Counted from the stretch's first letter, positions 12,860 through 27,245 are shown. The stretch is DNA of 64,000 bases from Pristiophorus japonicus (GCF_044704955.1 NW_027252668.1:5704001-5768000), one strand, 5' to 3'. Numbers and translations: made by a program. The notes: generated by a model not told the origin, from the letters alone.

Positions 12860-13276
12860 GACTTGGATTTATATAGCGTCTTTCATGACCTGCTTCACAT
12901 CCAATGAAATACTTTTTGAAGAGTAGGCACGGATGTAATGTAACGCGGCAGCCAATTTGGGAACAGCAAGCTCCCACAAACAGCAACATAATGGTCAAAT
13001 GATCTGTTGTGTTGTGTTGATCGAGGGATAAATATTGCCTATGAGACGCGATAACTCCCCATATTGCTATGAGATGTTTTGCGTCCAGCTGAGAGAGCAG
13101 ACGGTGGCTCGGTTTAACGTCTTATCCGATCGATGTCACCTCCGACAATGTAGCGCTCCCTCAACACTGCACTGGAGTTTCAGCCTAGATTTTTCTGCTC
13201 AAGACCCTGGAGTGGGACTTGAACCCACAACTTTCTGACTCAAAAGTGAGGGTGCTCCCAACTGAAGCACAGCTGA
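12860..13276 (-). mobile_element. tRNA-derived DeuSINE (SacSINE1-like)
   Basis: Minus-strand tRNA-like head with B box GGTTCAAGTCCC; body and tail CGCTATATAAATCCAAGTC recognised as shark SacSINE1-like. Confidence 0.8.
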
Positions 13277-13317
13277 TAAGATTGTGATCAATAGATCAGT
13301 TTCTTCAGACAGTAACC

Positions 13318-13453
13318 AGCCCTTTCACAGATAGAGTGGGTGGCTCTGAAAAGAACCAACGTGGTATTAGATTAAATCTTGTCCACTTTCCTTGTTCTTG
13401 CTGAACCCAGCCTTGGATTTCTTTGTCAGAAGCACTGCCTGGATATTGGGCAG
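13318..13453 (-). pseudogene. H2A: H2A 3'-end relic with degenerate stem-loop
   Basis: Minus strand reads [12 protein letters not shown]; flank resembles 10513-10640 including GGGTGGCTCTGAAAAGA. Confidence 0.8.
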
Positions 13454-13519
13454 TTCAGCCATGATCCTATTGAATTGTGGAGCAGGCTCCAGAGTCCTTT
13501 TGGCCTTCTCCTAATTCTT

Positions 13520-14880
13520 ATAGCTATCAGTTGCTGATATGTGAGTGTTGTTTTTTTACCTCAGTTACTGGCAGGCGAATTTGTGTTTTATTATACACCT
13601 GTCAAATTCTGGTATGTGATTATCATTCTGTTTCTGTCTGTCTCTGTGATATGTGTGTGGGTTTATTCTGCACTTTGTCAGTTTCTGTATGGGAGTGTGT
13701 GTTTTATTCTCTACCTGGCAGCCTCTGGTATAATAGTGTGGGATTTCATCTGTACCTGTCCATCTGTGGCTGGTATCTGAGTGGGGTTTAATCTGTCATT
13801 TCTGGGATGTGAGTGTTGGGTATAATCTGTACCTGTCATTTCTGGTATGTGATTGTGGGGTTTAATCTGTACCTGTCAGTTTCTGGTGTATGAGAGTGGG
13901 GTTTAATCTGTACCTGTCAGTTTCTGATATCTGACTGTGGAGTTTAATCTGTACCTATCTGTTTCTGGTATGTGAGTTGTGTGTTTTATTCTGTACTTGT
14001 CAATTTCTGGTATGCGAGTGTTGGATTTATTTTATACCCGTCAGTCTCTAGTATGCAAGTGTGGAGTTTAATCTGCATCTGTCTGATTCTGGTATGTGAG
14101 AGTTGGGTTTCATCTGTACCTGGCAGGTTCTGATATGTAAGTGTGGGGTTTATTCTGTACCTTTCTGCCTGAGTATGTGAGTGTAATGTTTATTCTGTAC
14201 CTGTCAGTGAGTGTGGGGGATATTCGGTACCTCTTTGTTTCAGGTGTGTGAGTGTTAGATTTAGTCTGTACCTGGTTGTTTCTGGTATACAAATGTTGTG
14301 TTAAATCTGTACCCTTCAGTTTCCACTTTGTGAGTGTGGGGTTATTCTGTAGCTGTCTGTCTCTGGTATATGAGTGTGGGATTTAATCTGTACCTGTTAG
14401 TTTCAGGTATGTGAGTGTAGGGATTAATCTGTACCTGTCATTTCTGGTATGTGAGTGTGGGTTTAAACTGTACCTGTCATTTCTGGTATGCGAGTGTGGA
14501 TTTAATCAAAATCTGTACCTGTCAGATTCTGGTGTGTGAATGTGGGTTTTATTCTGTATCTATCATTTTCTGGTATGTGAGGGTGGGCTTTTCTCTATTT
14601 TTCTGGCCTTGGTATGTGAGGATGGGATTTCTTCCGTACCTGCCAATCTGTGGCTGGTATATGAGAGTGGCGTATAATCTGTACCTGTCACTTTCAGGGA
14701 TTTGAGAGTGGGATTTAATCTGCAACTGTCGTTTCTGGTGAGTGTTGGGTATAAACTGTACCTGTAAGATTTCCTCGCTTTCTGTCAACTTCTGCTACAA
14801 AGTTTTTACCCTGAATTTGTCAGTTTCTGGTAGGGGAATGCGGATTTCACTTTGTACCTGTCAGCATTTTATGTGTGAGT
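13520..14880. repeat. Degenerate ~41-bp satellite (older subfamily)
   Basis: TTTAATCTG recurs at 13861, 13902 and 13943; consensus about TCTGGTATGTGAGTGTGGGGTTTAATCTGTACCTGTCAGTT. Confidence 0.85.
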
Positions 14881-17800
14881 ATGAGTGTTTCCCTGTATAT
14901 ATCTGTCTCTGGTTTGTGAGGGTGGGATTTTCCCTGTAGATATCTGTCTCTGTGATGTGAGGCTGGGATTTTCCCTGTATATATCTGTATCTGGTATGTG
15001 AGGGTGGGATTTTCCCTGTATATATCTGTCTCTGGTGTGTGAGAGTGGGATATTCTCTGGAAATATCTGTCTCTGGTGTGTGAGAGTGGGCTGATCCCTG
15101 TAGATATCTGTCTCTGGTATGTGAGGGTGGGATTTTCTCTGTATATATCTGTGTCTGGTGTGTGAGGGTGGGATTTTCTCTGTATATATCTTTCTCTGGC
15201 ATGTGAGAGTGGGATTTTCCCTCTACATATCTGACTGGTGTGTGAGGGTGGGATTTTCCCTGTATATATCTGTCCCTGGTATGTGAGGGTGGAATTTTCC
15301 TTGGAAATATCTGTCCCTGGTGTGTGAGGGTGGGATTTTCCCTGTACATATCTGTCTGGTATGTGAGGGTGGGATTTTCCCTGCATATATTTCTGTCTCT
15401 AGTGTGTGAGGGGAGAATTTTCTCTGTATATATCTTTCTCTGGGATGTGAGGGTGGGATTTTCCCTCTACATATCTGACTGGTGTGTGAGGGTGGGATTT
15501 TCCCTGTATATATCTGTCCCTGGTATGTGAGGGTGGGATTTTCCTTGTAAATATCTGTCCCTGGTGTGTGAGGGGAGAATTTTCCCTGTATATATCTGTC
15601 TCTGGTATGTGAGGGTGGGCTGATCCCTGTAGATATCTGTCTCTGGTATGTGAGGGTGGGATTTTCTCTGTATATATCTGTGTCTGGTGTGTGAGGGTGG
15701 GATTTTCTCTGTATATATCTTTCTCTGGGATGTGAGGGTGGGATTTTCCCTCTACATATCTGACTGGTGTGTGAGGGTGGGATTTTCCCTGTATATATCT
15801 GTCCCTGGTATGTGAGGGTGGGATTTTCCTTGTAAATATCTGTCCCTGGTGTGTGAGGGGAGAATTTTCCCTGTATATATCTGTCTCTGGTGTGTGAGAG
15901 TGGGATATTCTCTGGAAATATCTGTCTCTGGTGTGTGAGAGTGGGCTGATCCCTGTAGATATCTGTCTCTGGTATGTGAGGGTGGGATTTTCTCTGTATA
16001 TATCTGTGTCTGGTGTGTGAGGGTGGGATTTTCTCTGTATATATCTTTCTCTGGCATGTGAGAGTGGGATTTTCCCTCTACATATCTGACTGGTGTGTGA
16101 GGGTGGGATTTTCCCTGTATATATCTGTCCCTGGTATGTGAGGGTGGAATTTTCCTTGGAAATATCTGTCCCTGGTGTGTGAGGGTGGGATTTTCCCTGT
16201 ACATATCTGTCTGGTATGTGAGGGTGGGATTTTCCCTGCATATATTTCTGTCTCTAGTGTGTGAGGGGAGAATTTTCTCTGTATATATCTTTCTCTGGCA
16301 TGTGAGGGTGGGATTTTCCCTCTACATATCTGACTGGTGTGTGAGGGTGGGATTTTCCCTGTATATATCTGTCCCTGGTATGTGAGGGTGGGATTTTCCT
16401 TGTAAATATCTGTCCCTGGTGTGTGAGGGGAGAATTTTCCCTGTATATATCTGTCTCTGGTATGTGAGGGTGGGCTGATCCCTGTAGATATCTGTCTCTG
16501 GTATGTGAGGGTGGGATTTTCTCTGTATATATCTGTGTCTGGTGTGTGAGGGTGGGATTTTCTCTGTATATATCTTTCGCTGGGATGTGAGGGTGGGATT
16601 TTCCCTCTACATATCTGACTGGTGTGTGAGGGTGGGATTTTCCCTGTCTATATCTGTCCCTGGTATGTGAGGGTGGGATTTTCCCTGTAAATATCTGTCC
16701 CTGGTGTGTGAGCGGAGAACTTTCCCTGTATATATCTGTCTCTGGTATGTGAGGGTGGGATTTTCTCTGAGCATATCTGTCTCTGGTGTTTGGGAATGGG
16801 ATTTTCTCGATATATATCTGTCTCCAGTGTGTGAGGGTGGGATTTTCTCTGTATATAATCGGTCTCTAGTGTGTGAGGGTGCGATTTTCTCTGGAAATAT
16901 ACAGTCTCCGGTATGTGATGGTGGGATTTTCCCTGTATATATCAATCTCTGGTATGTGAGGGTGGAATTTGTTCTCGATATATCTGTCTCTGGTGTGTGA
17001 GGGTGGGATTTTCCCTGTATATATCGGTCTCTGGTGTGTGAGGGTGGGATTTTCCCTGTATTTATCTGTTTCTGGTGAGTGAGGGTGGGCTTTTCACTGT
17101 ATATATCTGTCTCTGGTATGTGCGGGTGGGATTTTCTCTGTATATATCTGTCTACGGTATGTAAGGGTGGGATTTTCCCGGTATATATCTGTCTCTGGTG
17201 TGTGAGGGTGGGATTTTCTCTGTATATATCTGTCCAATCTGTGAGGGTGTGATTTTCTCTGTATTTCTCTGTCTCTCGTGTGTGAGGGTGGGATTTTCTC
17301 TATGTATTTGTCTCTGGTATGTGAGGGTGAGATTTTTTCTGTATAGAATCGGTCTCTGGTGCGTGAGGGTGGGATTTTCCATGCTTATATCTGTCTCTGA
17401 TATGTGAGGGTGGGATTTGTCCTGTATGGATCTGTCTCTGGTATGTGAGGGTGAGATTTTCACTGTGCATATCTGTCTCTGGTGTGTGGGAGTGGGATTT
17501 TCTCGATATATATTTGTCTCTGGTGTGTGAGGGTGGGATTTTCCCTGTGTAGTTCTGTCTCTGGTGTGTGAGGGAGGGATTTTCCCTGTATATATACAGT
17601 CTCCGGTAGGTGAGGGTGGGATTTTCACTGTGCATATCAATCTCTGGTATGTGAGGGTGAAATTTTCTCTGTATGTAATCGGTCTCTGGTGTGTGAGGGT
17701 AGGATTTTCCCTGGAAATATCTGCCTCTGGTGTGTGAGGGTGGGATTTTCCATGCTTATATCTGTTTCTGGGATGTGAGGGTGGGATTTGTCCTGTATGG

Positions 17801-20800
17801 ATCTGTCTCTGGTATGTGAGGGTGAGATTTTCACTGTGCATATCTGTCTCTGGTGTGTGGGAGTGGGATTTTCTCGATATATATCTGTCTCTGGTGTGTG
17901 AGGGTGGGATTTTCCCTGTGTAGTTCTGTCTCTGGTGTGTGAGGGAGGGATTTTCCATGTATATATACAGTCTCCGGTAGGTGAGGGTGGGATTTTCACT
18001 GTACATATCAACCTCTGGTATGTGAGGGTGGAATTTTCTATGTATGTAATCGGTCTCTGGTGTGTGAGGGTAGGATTTTCCCTGGAAATATCTGCCTCTG
18101 GTGTGTGAGGGTGGGATTTTCCATGCTTATATCTGTTTCTGGGATGTGAGGGTGGGATTTTCCCTGTATATATCTGTCTCTGGGATGTGAGGGTGGGATT
18201 TTCTCTGTATATATCTGTCTCTGGTGTGTGAGGGTGGGATTTTCTCTGTATATATCTGTCTCTGGTGTGTGAGGGTGGGATTTTCTCTGTATATTCCTGT
18301 TTCTGGGATGTGAGGGTGGGATTTTCCCTGTATATATCTGTCTCTGGGATGTGAGGGTGGGATTTTCTCTGTATATATCTGTCTCTGGTGTGTGAGGGTG
18401 GGATTTTCTCTGTATATATCTGTCTCTGGTGTGTGAGGGTGGGATTTTCTCTGTATATTCCTGTCTCTGGCATGTGAGGGTGGGATTTTCTCTGTACAGA
18501 TCTGTCTCTGGTATGTGAGGGTGGGATTTCCCCTGTATATATCGGTCTCCGATATGTGAGGGTGGAATTGTCTCTGGTGTGTGAGGGTGGGATTGTTCCT
18601 GTATATATCTGTCTAGTATGTGAGGGTCAGATTTTCTCTGTATATATCGGTCTATGGTGTGTGAGGGTTGGATTTGTCCTGTATATATCGGTCTCTGGTG
18701 TGTGAGGGTTGGATTTTCCCTGTATATATCTGTTTCTGGTGTGTGAGGGTGGGATTTTCCCTGTATATATCTGTCTCTGCTGTGTGAAAGTGGGATTTTC
18801 TCTATATATATATATATCTGTCTCTGGTGTGTGAGGGTGGGATTTCCCCTCTATATATCGGTCTCTGGTGTGTGAGGGTAGGATTTTCCTCGTATATATC
18901 TGTCACTGGTATGTGAGGGTGGCATTTTCCCTGTATTTTATCTGTTTCTGGTGAGTGAGGGTGGGATTTTCACTGTATATATCTGTCTACGGTATGTGAG
19001 GGTGAGATTTTCCCTGTATATATCTGTCTCTGGTGTGTGAGGGTGAGATTTTCCCTGTATATATCGGTCTCTGGTGTGAGGGTGGGATTTTCTCTGTATA
19101 TATCTGTCTAGTCTGTGAGGGTGTGATTTTTTCTGTATTTCTCTGTCTCTCGTGTGTGAGGGTGGGCTTTTCACTGTATATATCTGTCTCTGGTATGTGA
19201 GGGTGAGATTTTCTCTGTGCATATCTGTCTCTGGTGTGTGGGAGTGGGATTTTCTCCGTATATATCTGTCTCTAGTGTGTGAGGGTGGGATTTTCTCTGT
19301 ATAGAATCGGTCTCTGGTGCGTGAGGGTGGGATTTTCTCTGTATATATCTGTCTAGTCTGTGAGGGTGTGATTTTTTCTGTATTTCTCTGTCTCTCGTGT
19401 GTGAGGGTGGGCTTTTCACTGTATATATCTGTCTCTGGTATGTGAGGGTGAGATTTTCTCTGTGCATATCTGTCTCTGGTGTGTGGGAGTGGGATTTTCT
19501 CCGTATATATCTGTCTCTAGTGTGTGAGGGTGGGATTTTCTCTGTATAGAATCGGTCTCTGGTGCGTGAGGGTGGGATTTTCCATGCTTCTATCTGTCTC
19601 TGGTATGTGAGGGTGGGATTTGTCCTGTATGGATCTGTCTCTGGTATGTGAGGGTGAGATTTTCTCTGTGCATATCTGTCTCTGGTGTGTGGGAGTGGGT
19701 TTTTCTCGATATATATCTGTCTCTGGTGTGTGAGGGTGGGATTTTCCCTGTGTAGTTCTGTCTCTGGTGTGTGAGGGAGGGATTTTCCCTGTATATATCT
19801 GTCTCTGGTGTGTGATGGTGGGATTTTCCCTGTATATATCAGTCTCTGATGTGTGAGGGTGGGATTTTCCCTGTATATATCTGTCTACTCTGTGAGGGTC
19901 AGATTTGCTCTGTATATCTCTGTCTCTGGTGTGTGAGGGTGGAATTTTCCCTGTACATATCTGTCTCTGATGTGTGAGGGTGGGATTTTCCATGCTTCTA
20001 TCTGTCTCTGGTATGTGAGGGTTGGATTTGTCCTGTATATATCGGTCTCTGGTGTGTGAGGATGGAATTTTCCCTGAATATATCTGTCTCTGGTGTGTGA
20101 GGGAGGGCTTTTCCCTGTATATATCTGTCTCTGGTGTGTGAGGGTGGGATTTTCCCTGTACATATCAATCTCTGGTATGTGAGGCTGGAATTTTCCCTGT
20201 ATATATCTGTCTCTGGTGTGTGAGGGTGGGATTTTCCCTGTATATATCTGTCTCTGGTGTGTGAGGGTGCGATTTTCCCTGCAGATCTGCAGTCTCCGGT
20301 ATTTGAGGGTGGGATTTTCCCTGAATATATCTGTCTCTGGTGTGTGAGGGTGCTATTTTCTATGTATATATCTGTCTCTGGTGTGTGAGGGAGGGAATTT
20401 CTCTGTATAGAATCGGTCTCTGGTGCGTGAGGGTGGGATTTTCCATGCTTATATCTTTCTCTGGTATGTGAGGGTGGGATTTGTCCTGTATGGATCTGTC
20501 TCTGGTGTGTGATAGTGGTATTTTCACTGTATACACCTGTCTCTGGTGTGTGAGGGTGGGATTTTCTCTGTACATATCAATCTCTGGTGTGTGAGAGTGG
20601 GATTTTCTCTGTATATACCTGCCTCTCGTGTGTGAGGGTGGGATTTTCCCTGTAAATACCTATCTCTGGCATGTGAGGGTGGTATTTTCCATGCATATAT
20701 CTGCCTCTGGTGTGTGAGGGTGGAATTCTCCCTGTATATATCTGTCTCTGGTATGTGAGGGTGGGATTTTCTCTGTATATATCTGTCTCTGGTGTGTGAG

Positions 20801-23800
20801 GGTGGGATTTTCCCTGCAGATATGCAGTCTCAGGTATTTGAGGGTGGGATTTTCCCTGTATATATCTGTCTCTGGTATGTGAGGGTGGGATTTTCTCTGT
20901 ATATATCTGTCTCTGGTGTGTGAGGGTGGGATTTTCCCTGCAGATATGCAGTCTCAGGTATTTGAGGGTGGGATTTTCCCTGAATATATCTGTCTCTGGT
21001 GTGTGAGGGTGGGATTTTCCCAGTAAATATCTGTCTACTTTGTGAGGGTCAGATTTTCTCTGTATATCTCTGTCTCTGGTGTGTGAGGGTGGAATTTTCC
21101 CTGTACATATCTGTCTCTGGTGTGTGAGGGTGGGATTTTCCATGCTTCTATCTGTCTCTGGTATGTGAGGGTTGGATCTGTCCTGTATATATCGGTCTCT
21201 GGTGTGTGAGGATGGAATTTTCCCTGAATATATCTGTCTCTGATGTGTGAGGAAGGGCTTTTCCCTGTATATATCTGTCTCTGGTATGTGAGGGTGAGAT
21301 TTTCTCTGTGCATATCTGTCTCTGGTGTGTGGGAGTGGGATTTTCTCCGTATATATCTGTCTCTAGTGTGTGAGGGTGGGATTTTCTCTGTCTAGAATCG
21401 GTCTCTGGTGCGTGAGGGTGGGATTTTCCATGCTTCTATCTGTCTCTGGTATGTGAGGGTGGGATTTGTCCTGTATGGATCTGTCTCTGGTATGTGAGGG
21501 TGAGATTTTCTCTGTGCATATCTGTCTCTGGTGTGTGGGAGTGGGCATTTCTCGATATATATCTGTCTCTGGTGTGTGAGGGTGGGATTTTCCCTGTGTA
21601 GTTCTGTCTCTGGTGTGTGAGGGAGGGATTTTCCCTGTATATATCTGTCTCTGGTGTGTGATGGTGGGATTTTCCCTGTATATATCAGTCTCTGATGTGT
21701 GAGGGTGGGATTTTCCCTGTATATATCTGTCTACTCTGTGAGGGTCAGATTTGCTCTGTATATCTCTGTCTCTGGTGTGTGAGGGTGGAATTTTCCCTGT
21801 ACATATCTGTCTCTGATGTGTGAGGGTGGGATTTTCCATGCTTCTATCTGTCTCTGGTATGTGAGAGTTGGATTTGTCCTGTATATATCGGTCTCTGGTG
21901 TGTGAGGATGGAATTTTCCCTGAATATATCTGTCTCTGGTGTGTGAGGGAGGGCTTTTCCCTGTATATATCTGTCTCTGGTGTGTGAGCGTGGGATTTTC
22001 CCTGTACATATCAATCTCTGGTATGTGAGGCTGGAATTTTCCCTGTATTTTTCTGTCTCTGGTGTGTGAGGGTGGGATTTTCCCTGTATATATCTGTCTC
22101 TGGTGTGTGAGGGTGCGATTTTCCCTGCAGATCTGCAGTCTCCGGTATTTGAGGGTGGGATTTTCCCTGAATATATCTGTCTCTGGTGTGTGAGGGTGCT
22201 ATTTTCTATGTATATATCTGTCTCTGGTGTGTGAGGGAGGGAATTTCTCTGTATAGAATCGGTCTCTGGTGCGTGAGGGTGAGATTTTCCATGCTTATAT
22301 CTTTCTCTGGTATGTGAGGGTGGGATTTGTCCTGTATGGATCTGTCTCTGGTGTGTGATAGTGGTATTTTCACTGTATACACCTGTCTCTGGTGTGTGAG
22401 GGCGGGATTTTCTCTGTACATATCAATCTCTGGTATGTGAGGGTGGGATTTTCTCTGTATATAATTGGTCTCTGGTCTGTGAGGGTGGGATTTTCTATGT
22501 ATCTATCTGTCTCTGGTGTGTGAGGGTGGGATTTGCTCTGTATATATCTGTCTCTGGTATGTGAGTGTGGGATTTTCTATCCCAATATCTGTCTCTGGTA
22601 TGTGAGGGTGGGATTTTCTCTGTGCATATCTGTCTCTGGTCTGTGAGGGTGGGATTTTCCCTGTATATATCTGTCTCTGGTATGTGTGGATGCGATTTTC
22701 CCTGTATATATCTGTCTCTGGTGTGTGAGGTTGGGATTTTCTATGTATATATCTGTCTCTGGTGTGTGAGAGTGGGATTTTCTCTGTATATACCTGCCTC
22801 TCGTGTGTGAGGGTGGGATTTTCCCTGTAAATACCTATCTCTGGCATGTGAGGGTGGTATTTTCTCTGCATATATCTGTCTCTGGTATGTGAGGGTTTGA
22901 TTTTCTCTGTATATATCTGTCTCTGGTATTTGAGAGTGTCATTTTCCCTGTATATAATCGGTCTCTGGTGTGTGAGGGTGGGATTTTCCATGCATATATC
23001 TGCCTCTGGTGTGTGAGGGTGGAATTCTCCCTGTATATATCTGTCTCTGGTATGTGAGGGTGGGATTTTCTCTGTATATATCTGTCTCTGGTGTGTGAGG
23101 GTGGGATTTTCCCTGCAGATATGCAGTCTCAGGTATTTGAGGGTGGGATTTTCCCTGAATATATCTGTCTCTGGTGTGTGAGGGTGGGATTTTCCCAGTA
23201 AATATCTGTCTCTGGTATGTGAGGGTGGGATTTTCTCTGTATATATCTGTCTCTGGTGTGTGAGGGTGGGATTTTCCCTGCAGATATGCAGTCTCAGGTA
23301 TTTGAGGGTGGGATTTTCCATGCATATATCTGCCTCTGGTGTGTGAGGGTGGAATTCTCCCTGTATATATCTGTCTCTGGTATGTGAGGGTGGGATTTTC
23401 TCTGTATATATCTGTCTCTGGTGTGTGAGGGTGGGATTTTCCCTGCAGATATGCAGTCTCAGGTATTTGAGGGTGGGATTTTCCCTGAATATATCTGTCT
23501 CTGGTGTGTGAGGGTGGGATTTTCCCAGTAAATATCTGTCTACTTTGTGAGGGTCAGATTTTCTCTGTATATCTCTGTCTCTGGTGTGTGAGGGTGGAAT
23601 TTTCCCTGTACATATCTGTCTCTGGTGTGTGAGGGTGGGATTTTCCATGCTTCTATCTGTCTCTGGTATGTGAGGGTTGGATCTGTCCTGTATATATCGG
23701 TCTCTGGTGTGTGAGGATGGAATTTTCCCTGAATATATCTGTCTCTGGTGTGTGAGGAAGGGCTTTTCCCTGTATATATCTGTCTCTGGTGTGTGAGGGT

Positions 23801-24785
23801 GGAATTTTCCCTGTACATATCAGTCTCTGGTATGTGAGGGTTGGATTTGTCCTGTATATATCGGTCTCTGGTGTGTGAGGGAGGGATTTTCCCTGTATAT
23901 ATCTGTCTCTGGTGTGTGAGGGTGAGATTTTCTGTGTATATGTCGGTCTCTGGTATGTGAGGGAGGGATTTTCCCAGTATATATCGGTCTCCGATATGTG
24001 AGGGTGTAATTTTCTCTGTATATAATCGGTCTCTGGTATGTGAGGATGGGATTTTCTATGTGCATGTCAGTGTGGTTTGTGAGTGCGGGATTTTCTCTGT
24101 ATATATCTGTCTGGTGTGTAATGGTGGGATTTATTCTCTATATATCTGTCTCTGGTTTGTGAGGCTGGGATTTTCCCTGTATATACTCTGCTCTGCTCTG
24201 CTGTGTATATATCTGTCTCTGGTGTGCGAGGGTGGGATTTTCCCTGTATATATCTGTCTCTGGTATGTGAGGGTGCGATTATCCCTGCAGAGATGCAGTC
24301 TCTGGTATTTGAGGGTGGGATTTTCCCTGAATATGTCTGTCTCTGGTGTGTGAGGGTGCTATTTTCTCTGTATATATCAATCTCTGGTGTGTGAGGGTGG
24401 GATTTCCTCTGTATGTATCTGTCTCTAGTATGTGAGGGTGGGATTTTCTCTGTGCATATCTGTCTCTGGTCTGTGAGGGTGGGATTTTCCCTGTATATAT
24501 CTGTCTCTGGTATGTGAGGATGGGATTTTCCCTGTATATATCTGTCTCTGGTGTTTGAGGGTGGGATTTGCTCTGTATATATCTGTCTCTGGTATGTGAG
24601 TGTGGGATTTTCTCTCCCTATATCTGTCTCTGGTATGTGAGGGTGGGATTTTCTCTGTGCATATCTGTCTCTGGTCTGTGAGGGTGGGATTTGCTCTGTA
24701 TATATCTGTCTCTGGTGTGTGAGTGTGGGATTTTCTCTGTATATATCTGTCTCTGGTGTGTGAGTGTGGGAATTTCCCTGAATAT

Positions 24786-25790
24786 GCTCTGCTGGGGCCC
24801 CAGCTGTTTACATTGTACATTAATGATTTGGACGAGGGGATTAAATGTAGTATCTCCAAATTTGCGGATGATACTAAGTTGGGTGGCAGTGTGAGCTGCG
24901 AGGAGGGTGCTATGAGGCTGCAGAGTGACTTGCATAGGTTCGGTGAGTGGGCAAATGCATGGCAGATGAAGGATAATGTGGATAAATGTGAGGTTATCCA
25001 CTTTGGTGGTAAAAACAGAGAGAGAGACTATTATCTGAATGGTGACAGATTAGGAAAAGGGGAAGTGCAACGAGACCTGGGTGTCATGGTACATCAGTCA
25101 TTGAAGGTTGGCATGCAGGTACAGCAGGCGGTGAAGAAAGCAGATGGCATTTTGGCCTTCATAGCGAGGGGATTTGAGTACAGGGACAGGGAGGTATTGC
25201 TACAGTTGTACAGGGCCTTGGTGAGGCCACACCTGGAGTATTGTGTAGAGTTTTGGTCTCCTAACTTGAGGAAGGACATTCTTGCTATTGAGGGAGTGCA
25301 GCAAAGGTTCACCAGACTGATTCCCGGGATGGCGGGACTGACATATCAAGAAAGACTGGATCAACTGGGCTTGTATTCACTGGAGTTCAGAAGAATGAGA
25401 GGGGATCTCATAGAAACGTTTAAAATTCTGATGGGTTTAGACAGGTTAATGCAGGAAGAATGTTCCCAATGTTGGGGAATTCCAGATCCAGGGGTCACAG
25501 TCCAAGGATAAGGGGCAATCCATTTAGGACTGAGGTGAGGAGAAACTTCTTCACCCAGAGAGTGGTGAACCTGTGGAATTCTCTACCACAGAAAGTTGTT
25601 GAGGCCAATTCACTAAATATATTCAAAAAGGAGTTAGATCTAGTCCTTACTACTTGGGGGATCAAGGGGTATAGCGAGAAAGCAGGAATGGGGTACTGAG
25701 GTTGCATGTTCAGCCATGAACTCATTGAATGGCGGTGCAGGCCCGAAGGGCCGAATGGCCTACTCCTGCACCTATCTTCTGTGTTTCTGT
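24786..25790 (+). mobile_element. 5'-truncated CR1 LINE inside satellite
   Basis: LGPQLF..YINDL, KFADDTKL, RPHLEYC, 3'UTR. Confidence 0.93.
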
Positions 25791-26245
25791 ATATCTGTCT
25801 CTGGTGTGTGATGGTGGGATTTTCCCAGTATATATCTGTCTCTGGTCTGTGTGTGTGGGATTTTTCCTGTATAAATCTGTCTCTGGTGTGTGAGGGTAGG
25901 ATTTTCCTTGTATATAATCTGTCTCTAGTCTGTGAGGGTGGAATTTTCCCTGTATATATCTGTCTCTGGTGTGTGAGGGTGGCATTTTCCCTGTATATAA
26001 TCGGTCTCTGTTGCGTGAAGGTGGGATTTTCTCTGTATATAATCGGTCTCTGGTATGTGAGGGTGGGATTTTCCCTGTATACATCTGTCTCTGGTGTGTG
26101 AGGTGGGATTTTCCCTGTATATATCTGCCTCTGGTGTGTGAGGGTGGGATTTGTCCTGTATATATCTGTCTCTGGTGTGTGAAGGTGGTATTTTCCCTGT
26201 ATATATCTGTCTCTGGTGTGTGAGTGTGGGATTTTCCCTGAATAT

Positions 26246-27245
26246 GCTGTGCTGGGGCCCCAGCTGTTTGCATTGTACATTAATGATTTGGACGAGGGGA
26301 TTAAATGTAGTATCTCCAAATTTGCGGATGACACTAAGTTGGGTGGCAATGTGAGCTGCGAGGAGGATGCTATCAGGCTGCAGAGTGACTTGGATAGGTT
26401 TGGTGAGTGGGCAAATGCATGGCAGATGAAGTATAATGTGGATAAATGTGAAGTTATCCACTTTGGTGGTAAAAACAGAGAGACAGACTATTATCTGAAT
26501 GGTGACAGATTAGGAAAAGGGGATGTGCAACGAGACCTGGGTGTCATGGTACATCAGTCATTGAAGATTGGCATGCAGGTACAGCAGGCGGTTAAGAAAG
26601 CAAATGGCATGTTGTCCTTCATAGCGAGGGGATTTGAGTACAGGGGCAGGGAGGTATTGCTATAGTTGTACAGGGCCTTGGTGAGGCCATACCTGGAGTA
26701 TTGTGTACAGTTTTGGTCTCCTAACTTGAGGAAGGACATTCTTGCTATTGAGGAAGTGCAGCGAAGGTTCACCAGACTGATTCCCGGGATGGCGGGACTG
26801 ACCTATCAAGAAAGACTGGATCAACTGGGCTTGTATTCACTGGAGTTCAGAAGAATGAGAGGGGATCTCATAGAAACGTTTAAAATTCTGACGGGTTTAG
26901 ACAGGTTAGATGCAGGAAGAATGTTCCCAATGTTGGGGAAGTCCAGAATCAGGGGTCATAGTCCAAGGATAAGGGGTAATCCATTTCGGACTGAGATGAG
27001 GAGAAACTTCTTCACCCAGAGAGTGCTGAACCTGCGGAATTCTCTACCACAGAAAGTTGTTGAGGCCAATTCACTAAATATATTCAAAAAGGAGTTAGAT
27101 ATAGTCCTTACTAGTCGGGGGATCAAGGGGTATGGCGAGAAAGCAGGAATGGGGTACTGAGGTTGCATGTTCAGCCATGAACTCATCGAGTCTGTACCGC
27201 CATTCAAAGTGCTGAATGGCCTACACCTGCACCTATTTTCTGTAT
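26246..27245 (+). mobile_element. 5'-truncated CR1 LINE inside satellite (duplicate of 24786-25790)
   Basis: Same 5' junction CCCTGAATATGCT.TGCTGGGGCCCC; premature stop near 26663. Confidence 0.93.

Noticed and set aside
14847-24860. Many long minus-strand ORFs (YRENPTLTHQRQIYTGK...)
   Set aside because: Translation of a 41-bp satellite that lacks stops on that strand; no gene structure.
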